From an uncultured delta proteobacterium (GTDB taxonomy: Bacteria > Myxococcota_A > Polyangia > Polyangiales > Polyangiaceae), in NCBI GenBank assembly GCA_963850305.1, contig CAWKKR010000004.1, positions 96,001 through 160,000 of the forward strand: 64,000 bases of DNA. The letters are read 5' to 3'. The notes beneath the pieces are model-generated. The model worked only from the letters and a program-made list of their open reading frames with translations. It did no database searches and was not told the origin of the DNA. Each line of letters begins with the position of its first letter. Within the stretch, counting starts at the first letter, position 1. This document shows, piece by piece, positions 20,071 to 28,388 of the stretch. A program made the translations under genes and the position numbers.

Positions 20071-20226
20071 GCACGCCGAGGAGCGAGAGCGCCGAGATGG
20101 GTGCGCGCTCGAAGCCAAAGACGACACGCCGAGGTCCGATTGCGAAGAACGCGGGGGTAGATCGGCGGGTGAAGACCGGAAGCGTTCGAATGCACGCCGA
20201 GAGCGCCGAGATGCCCCCGCGCTCGA
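20071..20226. repeat. Imperfect direct repeat pair, 114 bp apart
   Basis: AGAGCGCCGAGATG-N4-CGCGCTCGA at 20086-20112 and 20200-20226, each preceded by GCACGCCG. Confidence 0.6.
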
Positions 20227-20243
20227 GCAAGCGGCCCTCGGCG

Positions 20244-20720
20244 CTAAGCGATTTGGCGGCGCCGACGCGGCCTACTCTTGCATCGCGGACAACGGGCGTC
20301 GTCCTGGCTTTCGACGATCAACGAGTGGGAGCGACAGTTCGGACAGTGCTCTATGGAGATGAACTCCGCGCGAAAGCCGCACCCCGGACACTCGCCGACA
20401 TTTCTGCCGAACCCGCCGGCGCCATGGCGGTGGTTCCATGGAGCTCCGCACTTCGGGCATGGCGACTGAACCACGTCGGGTCTGACGACGACTTCGCTCT
20501 TGCCGCGCAGCAGCGCCGCCTCGATCTCCAGCCGCTCGCGTTCCTTTGCGCGAAGCGCCGCGTCGCGGTCCTCGAACTCGGCATCGAGTCGCATCGTCGC
20601 CTCACGCTGGCGTAACGTCAGCTCCTGACGCGCTTCGTCGCGGCAGAGGGGCGTGCAATAGAGGCCATCGACTGGGTTCTTGAGCCAGCCAATCTTCTTT
20701 TCGCAATGGAGGCACTTCAT
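20244..20720 (-). CDS. Hypothetical multi-zinc-ribbon protein
   Basis: CLHC, CTPLC, a charged coiled-coil-like stretch, then CPKC, CPGC, CPNC, CPRC and an Arg-rich end. Confidence 0.75.
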   Translation of the reverse strand: MKCLHCEKKIGWLKNPVDGLYCTPLCRDEARQELTLRQREATMRLDAEFEDRDAALRAKERERLEIEAALLRGKSEVVVRPDVVQSPCPKCGAPWNHRHGAGGFGRNVGECPGCGFRAEFISIEHCPNCRSHSLIVESQDDARCPRCKSRPRRRRQIA

Positions 20721-20886
20721 GGCTTCACCTTCGACGGAGCCAAGCATTTTCAGGACAGGCGCCGCGCCGTCAAATAGGTTTTGTGTGCCCACAACCTTTT
20801 GCCCCGACTGAACGCGGAAGATCCTGAATTCCCTCGTCCTTCACCGAGGCAAGTGAAGACTGCGCAAGTTTCGTACAACCCGCTGA

Positions 20887-22011
20887 TTACTCGGCAGCGG
20901 CGGCGGCACCTGCTGGCATCGCGTAGTTCGGGAGCGGTTCCTCGAGCTTCGCCCAGTCGATCTGGCCGTCGTCGACGAGGTTTTCGAACTGGAGCACACC
21001 GAGTTCGTCGTACAGCGGGCGGACGGAGTCCGTGATCAGACCGACCTTCTTCAGATTCGGGATGATGCGGGTGAAGAGTAGATTCCTGAATTGCTGCATG
21101 ACGCCGCCCGCGAGAGAACGCCGTCGGCCTTCCTCGACGTCCCAGCCATAATGTTCGAACACGTCCGTCGAAACGATGCGTTCGCGCATGACGCAGCACG
21201 CTTCGTAAGCGAATCGCGCGCGATCTTCGCGCTCCTGCTCCGTCAACGACTTGACGAACTCTTCCATGTACGTGACGCCGAACGCAACGTGCCGCGACTC
21301 GTCGCGCGTCACCAGATCGAGGACGTCACCCATGACCGGATCGCGGGCCAGCATCCTCTGGGTGTTGAACGCCGCGAGCGCGAGCGACTCGATCACGAGT
21401 TGCATCCCGATGAACTTCAAGTCCCATCGCTCGTCAGCGAGGATCTTGTCGAGGAGCACTTTGAGGTTCTGATTCACCGGGTACATGAACCCGATGCGCT
21501 CCATGATGTACTTGCCGAACACTTCGACGTGGCGAGCTTCGTCGAAGGTTTGCGACGCGGCGTAGAGCTTCGCGTCGTAGGTCGGCGCGCAACTGACGAG
21601 CTGCGACGCAACGAGGAGCGCTCCCTGCTCCCCATGCAAGAACTGCGAGAGCATCCACGACTGCTGGTGCCACGCAAACTCGATCTCGTCTGCCTCGGAA
21701 AGCGCGTCGTAGGAGGCCCAACCCGCGAAGGGGTTATCGACGCCATCCTGAATCGGATTCTCCTTGCGCGAAAACGGTCGCGACCAGTCGATGTCCGTCT
21801 CTGCGTTCCAGTTTCGCTCCTTGCCCAGCCGGTAAAGCTTCCGGATGCGCCGGTCGGACTCCTCGTAGTTCCATGTGTACGAGCCGACCAACGGCGTTCG
21901 AAAAATCTCCGCGACCGTCTCGATGTCAGCAGCACCGAGGGCCGGATCGTCGACACCGAGACGGAACTTCAGATTTCGAGGTGCACGCTCGACGAACCGA
22001 ACTTTGCTCAT
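20887..22011 (-). CDS. Ferritin-like diiron protein (AurF-like oxygenase family)
   Basis: QFLHGEQGAL..DEARH and IESLAL..DESRH: two E..ExxH diiron motifs. Confidence 0.8.
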   Translation of the reverse strand: MSKVRFVERAPRNLKFRLGVDDPALGAADIETVAEIFRTPLVGSYTWNYEESDRRIRKLYRLGKERNWNAETDIDWSRPFSRKENPIQDGVDNPFAGWASYDALSEADEIEFAWHQQSWMLSQFLHGEQGALLVASQLVSCAPTYDAKLYAASQTFDEARHVEVFGKYIMERIGFMYPVNQNLKVLLDKILADERWDLKFIGMQLVIESLALAAFNTQRMLARDPVMGDVLDLVTRDESRHVAFGVTYMEEFVKSLTEQEREDRARFAYEACCVMRERIVSTDVFEHYGWDVEEGRRRSLAGGVMQQFRNLLFTRIIPNLKKVGLITDSVRPLYDELGVLQFENLVDDGQIDWAKLEEPLPNYAMPAGAAAAAE

Positions 22012-22071
22012 GGGACGAGACTCCTTCACGGGCACGCGCGTTGGGGACCGAGTAAACCGATGCGTGAACAC

Positions 22072-22103
22072 CGCATCAGAATCAGAATACTGATTCTGAT
22101 GCG
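22072..22103. promoter_or_regulatory. Perfect 14-4-14 inverted repeat, probable repressor operator
   Basis: CGCATCAGAATCAG-AATA-CTGATTCTGATGCG between divergent genes. Minus-strand TTGACG at 22110-22115 is adjacent. Confidence 0.75.
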
Positions 22104-22223
22104 ATAGGTCGTCAAGCGCGAATTCCGCGTCGATAGCGACTCGACTTTCAACCGCCTACCAACGATGATGCGGCCGTCTCAGAGGCGCGGTTTGGCCAGG
22201 CCTGCGACCCCGAGGAGCTTCTG

Positions 22224-24311
22224 GTGAGCGACGACGCCCAAGAGTGGCGCTGGGTCGGCGAGGACGGCGCCGAAAAAACCGTGACTGAACAAGAGCTCAT
22301 CGCGGAGCTCTCGTCAGAATCGCTCCCCAACTACACGTTGGTCTGGAAGAAGGGGTGGCTGGAGTGGCTCCCCGCGATGCAGGTCGCGGAGCTGCTGTGG
22401 GCGCTGCCTCCCGGCAAGGTCGACGTGCCCGTCAAACCGCGAGAAAAGGAGGGTGCCCTAAGCCCGCCAGCTCCGCCGCTTTACCGGTATCCGGTAATGA
22501 AGCGTCGGGCTGCGAGCCTTAAGGGGGACAAACCCGCAGCCGCCTTTGCCGTTCCCCGGCCTGGCCAGGACGCGAAAAAGGCATCCTCATCCCCGGCAGC
22601 CGCGGCTCCGCCGGCGGCGAAGATTGCGCCGGCGCAAGTCATCGACCCGCCGTCGGAACCGTCAAATCCCGAGATTACCGAGCCGAGGCGAAGGCCGGCG
22701 CCCGAACCTCCAACAGAAATCTGGAAACCACTCGACTCGCGGCCCTTCGAGGAAGTCGAAATCGACTCCATCGAAGCATCCAATCCGGGCGCCTCAGCCG
22801 AGGAACGGGACGAGGACGCGACTCTTGTCGCGGACGACGACCACGAACTGATCGCGCCGGAGGAGTCCGACCCGGCCGCGTCGGGTTTCGATCCGCCAAC
22901 CGCCGCGTTCACGGCGCGGTACACGGAAGAAGACGATGCAGCGACGCGCGTGCTCCCGTCGAAGCCGCCGCCGCCGGGTCCGATGTACGTCGGACCGCAC
23001 CTGCCGAGGGCGTCAGAACGTCCTGCCCCGTCTTACGACGACGCCGAGGACGATTTGCCGCGGATCCCACCACCCCCCGCGCCGCCCGCGGACCTCTCTC
23101 TCTACGCCGGAGTGGCGCGCGACGGCGAAGATGGGCAGCGCGCGCGGCGAGTATACGTGATGGGGGGGCTCGCCGTCGCAGCGGCGGCGGCGCTTCTCGC
23201 TCTGGTGATCCGTGGCGGGCGCGAACAGACCACATCCGTCGCGCCGCAAAGCACGGAGGCGGCAGCGAGGCTCACCACGACGAGCAAGTCCGCCCCCGCC
23301 ATCGCCAAACCACGCCGCGAGCCAGCCGCTTGCACGATCGTGACCCAGGCCACCAAGATTGCGGAATGGGCAGACCCTGCGATCACACCCGCCTTCGCAG
23401 CGATCCCCGGATCGGAGCGGGTCGTCATCGGGTTCGGACAGTCGGGCACTTACGCGATTGGCATCACGATCGACCCGCGCACGCTCGACCACGATCAGGT
23501 CTTTCGCGAATTCCGGCACGACAAGCTGGTCAGCGTGGTCCCAACGGCGAAGAACGGCGAGTTGCACTTTCAAGTGGTCAGGGACGGCTTCACGCTCGCC
23601 AACGCGCGAAGCATCGACGCGGCCACGCCATTTTTCCTCGGCGCGACGGCGAACGGGATCGAACGCCTCGTGGGGAAGGGCGACGCTTCACCCGTCTGGC
23701 CGTTTGCGGACGCGGACAAGGAAACAGTGCCGCGCGTCGCAACGGTCGACGGGGTCGGGCACGCCGTCGCGCTGCGGCGTGGCGGGTTGAGTGGACGCAT
23801 CTCCATCGGCTACCTGAATCCATCGGGTGACCGACAGACGGACCTCGCCGACATCCGCGTGAACGCGACCTTCGTCGGAACCCCTGCGGTGGCCGCCAAC
23901 GACGGGACCTTGCTGGTCGCGTTCGCGGCGCGAACCGAACGCAATTCACCGTGGACCCTTGCGCTCGCGCAGGCGAAGTTCGGAGAGCTGCCGAAAGACG
24001 CCAGGGCATTTCCGATTCCCAGTGGAGGACCGGGCGGCAACGCCATCTCTCCTGCGATCGGCCCGCTCGCTGGCGACCGATGGTTGCTTCAATGGACGGA
24101 AGGTTCGTCCGGCAACCGGGTAGCGCGCGCGCAGGTGCTCGACCGGGCCCTCTCACCCATCTCCGACCCAGTGAATCTCTCCCCCGAGGGCGCGAATGCC
24201 GGTCAGGGCGCAGTCTGGGCAAAAGGGGACGTCGGCACCATCCTCTACTACGTACAGAACGACAAGAAGAGCCACGAACTCTGGGGCACCTCGGTCCAAT
24301 GCACCCGGTAA
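22224..24311 (+). CDS. GYF_2-domain bitopic membrane protein with Pro-rich linker and beta-rich extracytoplasmic domain
   Basis: EWRWVGEDG..TLVWKKGWLEWLPAMQVAEL, Pro/Glu-rich linker, TM YVMGGLAVAAAAALLALVI. Confidence 0.75.
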   Translation: MSDDAQEWRWVGEDGAEKTVTEQELIAELSSESLPNYTLVWKKGWLEWLPAMQVAELLWALPPGKVDVPVKPREKEGALSPPAPPLYRYPVMKRRAASLKGDKPAAAFAVPRPGQDAKKASSSPAAAAPPAAKIAPAQVIDPPSEPSNPEITEPRRRPAPEPPTEIWKPLDSRPFEEVEIDSIEASNPGASAEERDEDATLVADDDHELIAPEESDPAASGFDPPTAAFTARYTEEDDAATRVLPSKPPPPGPMYVGPHLPRASERPAPSYDDAEDDLPRIPPPPAPPADLSLYAGVARDGEDGQRARRVYVMGGLAVAAAAALLALVIRGGREQTTSVAPQSTEAAARLTTTSKSAPAIAKPRREPAACTIVTQATKIAEWADPAITPAFAAIPGSERVVIGFGQSGTYAIGITIDPRTLDHDQVFREFRHDKLVSVVPTAKNGELHFQVVRDGFTLANARSIDAATPFFLGATANGIERLVGKGDASPVWPFADADKETVPRVATVDGVGHAVALRRGGLSGRISIGYLNPSGDRQTDLADIRVNATFVGTPAVAANDGTLLVAFAARTERNSPWTLALAQAKFGELPKDARAFPIPSGGPGGNAISPAIGPLAGDRWLLQWTEGSSGNRVARAQVLDRALSPISDPVNLSPEGANAGQGAVWAKGDVGTILYYVQNDKKSHELWGTSVQCTR

Positions 24312-24338
24312 TCGAAGACAAGGACCGCCGAGGGACGC

Positions 24339-24638
24339 ATGACGAGAAACCGACTTTCGGATGACGAGATCTCGAGACGGCTCGAGTCGCTCGTGGGCTG
24401 GCATCGGGACGGGCACAAGCTCGTACGCGAATTCCAGTTCGCGAACTTCGTGGACGCGTTCGCATGGATGACGAGCGCCGCGCTCGGCGCGGAGAAGCTC
24501 GACCATCACCCAGATTGGAAGAACGTCTATAACCGGGTATCGGTCGAGCTGAACACCCACGATGCGGGCGGTATCACGGAGCTTGATTTCGCGCTGGCGG
24601 CGAGAATGAACGAACTCGCCGAGCGCTATCGGCTCTGA
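24339..24638 (+). CDS. phhB: Pterin-4-alpha-carbinolamine dehydratase
   Basis: AEKLDHHPDWKNVYNRV..THDAGGITELDF. Confidence 0.95.
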   Translation: MTRNRLSDDEISRRLESLVGWHRDGHKLVREFQFANFVDAFAWMTSAALGAEKLDHHPDWKNVYNRVSVELNTHDAGGITELDFALAARMNELAERYRL

Positions 24639-25177
24639 CTCGCTTCGTTCGCACCTTCCAGCGAAAACTCGAGGCTCTCCTCGTCGCAAACGCGGGTCAG
24701 CACCTCGCCGAGCGAGGAGGCCGCGGAATCGGACGGGAGCTGGATCTCCGCTCCGAGGTGAAACATCAGGGTGCCCGTCAAAGGCGCGTGCTGCACGCGC
24801 GACTCGAGCGAGGCGACGTTGATGCGCCTGTCCGCAAGAAGCTTGCTCACGCCGGCCACGATGCCCGGACGGTCCACACCACTCACACGGAGGCGATAGG
24901 TCGTCACCAGCGGCGCTCCGACCGCTCTCTTCGTCTCGTGGAGCGCGACGCGAAGCCCCAGGCGGTCTGCCGATGCATGGACATCCGCGGTGGCGCGCTC
25001 CACCGACGGTGGCTCGCCAGAGAACAAAAGGATGAGAGCAAACTCTCCTCCGAGGATTGCCATGCGACTGTCCTCGAGGTTCGCACCGGCCTGGTGGATC
25101 AGTGCCGAGATGTCCTGCACCAACCCAGGACGATCCGGGCCCACGGCAGTCAGGATCACGTACCGGCGCTCCGCCAT
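24626..25177 (-). CDS. gcvR: GcvR-like tandem ACT domain protein
   Basis: LTAVGPDRPGLV..GANLEDSRMAILGGEF and GVDRPGIV. Confidence 0.8.
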   Translation of the reverse strand: MAERRYVILTAVGPDRPGLVQDISALIHQAGANLEDSRMAILGGEFALILLFSGEPPSVERATADVHASADRLGLRVALHETKRAVGAPLVTTYRLRVSGVDRPGIVAGVSKLLADRRINVASLESRVQHAPLTGTLMFHLGAEIQLPSDSAASSLGEVLTRVCDEESLEFSLEGANEASQSR

Positions 25178-25210
25178 GCATCGCTGCTTAGCACCAATCA
25201 CGGAAACTAA

Positions 25211-26653
25211 CACTACTGCCAGAAAGTTTTCCATCGGTCGAGCTTCGTGAGATGGCCTCACCATGGCCCAAAAAGTCTCCGAAATCGCATCAGCGGCTCG
25301 ACTCGAGCAGTTCTTCGGCCGCGTCGGCACTCACCTGAAGGACTGGCGGAAGCGAGAGTCGTTCGCGATGTACGCTTTCGGGATCCTGGGGGACGGTGAG
25401 CGCAAGAGCGCCGAACCGATCGCAGCCCGAACGTGCGCCGACCCGAGCCAGACGAACAACGTGCACAGCAAGCTCTGCTACTTCCTCGGCCGAAGCGAAT
25501 GGGATGATCGAGCCGTACGCCTCGAGGCCGCCCGGTATGCAATCGACGCCGTGCAGAAACGCGAACCCGTGACGACATGGATCGTCGACGACACGGGTTT
25601 CCTGAAGCAAGGCTCGCACTCCGTGGGCGTGCAGCGCCAATACACTGGATCGGCGGGCAAGGTCACGAACTGCCAGGTCGGGGTCAGCCTCGCGGTGGCG
25701 ACGAGCAGCGAGCAGATCCCACTCGATTTCGAGCTCTATCTCCCCAAGAACTGGGCAACGGAAGCCGCCCTTCGTGCCAAGGCGCGAATTCCCGATGCGG
25801 TCACGTTCAAGACCAAGATCGAGCTTGCCATCGAGATGATCGAGCGCGCCAAGCTCGCCGAGATCCCGGGCAACATCGTTCTGGCCGACGGTGCGTACGG
25901 CGCGAGCTCGGAGTTCAGAAACGCGAGCCGGTCGATGGGATTCGACTTCGGCGTTGGCATCCCGTCGAGCCTGCGCGTGGTGCGACTCGATCGTCTGGAC
26001 CGAGCGCGCGGGGACGCGATGACCGCTCTGGAATTGGCGGATGCGCTCGGTCGAAAAGCGTTCCGCAAAGTGACCTGGCGTCATGGCTCGAAGGCAAAAC
26101 TGATCTCGCACTTCTGCTTCGTGCGCGTGAAGACGACGCATGACGACGGGCTCACCCTGGCCGACCACGAGCCGCTCTGGCTCGTGGCCGAGTGGCTCGA
26201 TGGCGAAACAAAAGCCCACGAAATTCACGCTCACCACGCTGCCGCGACGCATGAGCCGGAAGCAGATCGTCCGGATCTTCAAGGAACGCTGGCGCACCGA
26301 ACGCATGTACGAGGACCTGAAGGGCGAACTCGGACTCGACCACTTCGAAGGTCGCTCGTTCACCGGCTGGCATCACCACGTCTCCGTCGTCTTATGTTGC
26401 TACGCCTTCGTCATATCCGAGCGCGTCAGCGCTTTTCCCCCCTCGGCCGGAGGGCGCAGTCGAGACGGTCAGAATCTCCGTCGCGGCCTGAGCGACACTT
26501 CGCCGACTCCTTCATCACCGCTCGCCTCGCCATCGCCCTCTTCCTCGCCCGCTGGCTCCCGCGCTGCCCCCTCTGTCACCAGCCACATCCACCTTCGCGA
26601 TGCCCGCAGGAGCAACCTACCCGTGCCGCATGACGGAATTTCTGACAGTAGTG
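25211..26653 (+). mobile_element. IS701-family insertion sequence, 1,443 bp
   Basis: TIRs CACTACTGCCAGAAAGT (25211-25227) and reverse complement CACTACTGTCAGAAATT (26637-26653), 15/17 identical. CTAA duplicated at 25207-25210 and 26654-26657. Confidence 0.93.
25263..26633 (+). CDS. IS701-family DDE transposase with internal frame switch
   Basis: IVDDTGFLKQGSHSVGVQRQYTGSAGKVTNCQ and LADGAYG. The conserved RWRTE..LKGELGLDHFEGRSF.GWHHH block lies in the +1 frame after AAAA at 26210-26213. Confidence 0.9.
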   Translation: MAQKVSEIASAARLEQFFGRVGTHLKDWRKRESFAMYAFGILGDGERKSAEPIAARTCADPSQTNNVHSKLCYFLGRSEWDDRAVRLEAARYAIDAVQKREPVTTWIVDDTGFLKQGSHSVGVQRQYTGSAGKVTNCQVGVSLAVATSSEQIPLDFELYLPKNWATEAALRAKARIPDAVTFKTKIELAIEMIERAKLAEIPGNIVLADGAYGASSEFRNASRSMGFDFGVGIPSSLRVVRLDRLDRARGDAMTALELADALGRKAFRKVTWRHGSKAKLISHFCFVRVKTTHDDGLTLADHEPLWLVAEWLDGETKAHEIHAHHAAATHEPEADRPDLQGTLAHRTHVRGPEGRTRTRPLRRSLVHRLASPRLRRLMLLRLRHIRARQRFSPLGRRAQSRRSESPSRPERHFADSFITARLAIALFLARWLPRCPLCHQPHPPSRCPQEQPTRAA

Positions 26654-28297
26654 CTAACCTTCCGCATGTTTCGCGTCGACCCGCAGCTTCTCGAGCAGCG
26701 CCTTCGACTCGGGGTTCGGTAGGTGCCCGGCGAGGGCTCGGACGATGGCAGGCACGGCGTCGCTGCCAAACTCGTGAACGACGAGATGCTGAGCCTCGGT
26801 CGAACCGAATTCGACCATCGTCAGGAGATCGCGCAACATCCGCGGATCGCCCCGGGAACCGTCGTCGACTTTGAGGGCGATCGCGTATTCATTGAGTGCA
26901 TCCTTGAACCATTTTCGAACGACATAACTTCGGGCAAGCAGCAGGTGCCCGCGCGGATCGCCGACGTGCTTCGCGTTGTACTGATGAACGGCGAGTACGT
27001 CCTTCTTGTCGAGGCCCCGTGCACGGTTGGCTTTGGGTATCAGCCGCGCGAGTTCGGGCGGCGTCGAGGACCAGGGATCGCGCGGGGGAACGCGTTCTCT
27101 CGTAGGTTCGGTCGCGGCAACGGACGCGACAGGACTCGGTGGCGCGGTCGCAGGTAACGTTCTCGGGGCCCCGGCGGGAGACGCGAAACTTCGCGCGGTC
27201 ACGACCGGCGCGACAGCCTTTGGCGCAGACATTCCGAGTCTCGACTCGAGCGCACTCCGTTGCCGGGGACTCGTCGGCGTCGCGAGGACGTAAACGGCGT
27301 AAACGACGAGCCCCGCTGCGCCCATCGAAATGATCAGCGCGACGGTGGTGCCCACCCGGATCATCCACGAGAAGGCTGCCGAGGAGACGGATTTCGCAGC
27401 GGGCATCTCCGCCTCTCCGGCGAGCGGTTCTGCCTCTCCGTCGGTCGATCGGGCGGGCCCGTCGCCGAGCAAAGTCGACTCGAGCGCACCCAGCATGTCG
27501 CCGGCGTTCGAGAATCTGTCCGCGCGGGACTTCGCCGTGGCCCGCCGGATCACGGCGAGCTCTCCGTCACGCGCCTCCGTCGATGGGATCTCCGCGAGCG
27601 GAAGATCCTCCATGACCTGTTGTCGCAGGATCTCCGAAGCCTCCCCGCGAAACGGCGGTTTGCCGGCGAGCATCTCGAAAAAGACGAGGCCCGCCGCATA
27701 GACGTCGATCCGCGCGTCGATCTCCTGCCCCGCGACTTGCTCCGGCGCCATGTACGCCGGCGTTCCGAAGATCTGGCCGACGCGGGTGAGGTTCGGGCTC
27801 GTAGAATCCGGTATCAAGAATTTCGCGAGCCCGAAATCGAGCAAGTGAACGGAGAGTCCGCCCCCGGCCTTCTTGCCAAGGAGGACGTTCGCGGGCTTCA
27901 CGTCACGGTGCACCAGGCTCTGCGAATGCGCGAACGATAGCGCAAGGAGAAGCTGACGCATCACGGCGCGCGCATCATCGAGCCCGAGCGGACCGCGCTT
28001 GAGCCGATCGGCAAGCGTTTCGCCCTCCAGGAGCTCCATCACGAGGAAGAACGTATCGCCCGAAACGCCGGAATCGATGACGGAGACGATATTGGGATGG
28101 GAAAGGGCCGTCAGGGCCCGGGCTTCGCGCTCGAACCGCTGCCGGAGCTCCGGGCTCGATGCAAGCTCCGGGCGAAGGACCTTGACCGCGACGTTCGCGC
28201 CCGTCTCGAGCTTGACGGCCCTGTAGACGGCCCCGACACCGCCAGAGCCGATCTCCGCATCGATGCGATAGCGGCCGTCTAGCTCCGTCCCGATCAT
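26654..28297 (-). CDS. Membrane-anchored Ser/Thr protein kinase
   Basis: IGSGGVGAVY, VAVKVL, HRDVKPAN, DFGLAK, GTPAYMAPE, one TM segment, TPR-like C-terminus. Confidence 0.93.
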   Translation of the reverse strand: MIGTELDGRYRIDAEIGSGGVGAVYRAVKLETGANVAVKVLRPELASSPELRQRFEREARALTALSHPNIVSVIDSGVSGDTFFLVMELLEGETLADRLKRGPLGLDDARAVMRQLLLALSFAHSQSLVHRDVKPANVLLGKKAGGGLSVHLLDFGLAKFLIPDSTSPNLTRVGQIFGTPAYMAPEQVAGQEIDARIDVYAAGLVFFEMLAGKPPFRGEASEILRQQVMEDLPLAEIPSTEARDGELAVIRRATAKSRADRFSNAGDMLGALESTLLGDGPARSTDGEAEPLAGEAEMPAAKSVSSAAFSWMIRVGTTVALIISMGAAGLVVYAVYVLATPTSPRQRSALESRLGMSAPKAVAPVVTARSFASPAGAPRTLPATAPPSPVASVAATEPTRERVPPRDPWSSTPPELARLIPKANRARGLDKKDVLAVHQYNAKHVGDPRGHLLLARSYVVRKWFKDALNEYAIALKVDDGSRGDPRMLRDLLTMVEFGSTEAQHLVVHEFGSDAVPAIVRALAGHLPNPESKALLEKLRVDAKHAEG

Positions 28298-28388
28298 GTC
28301 GAAATCCGAGAACTCCCATGATACCTCTTTCGCCGGAAATCGGCCTATCGTGTTCCCGCGAGCCAGCCGACGAACGGGAGAAACGAAC

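Noticed and set aside
20021..20230. 69-aa minus-strand ORF with repeated ERxxISALS
   Set aside because: TTG start, no recognisable motif or RBS. Reported only as a DNA repeat.
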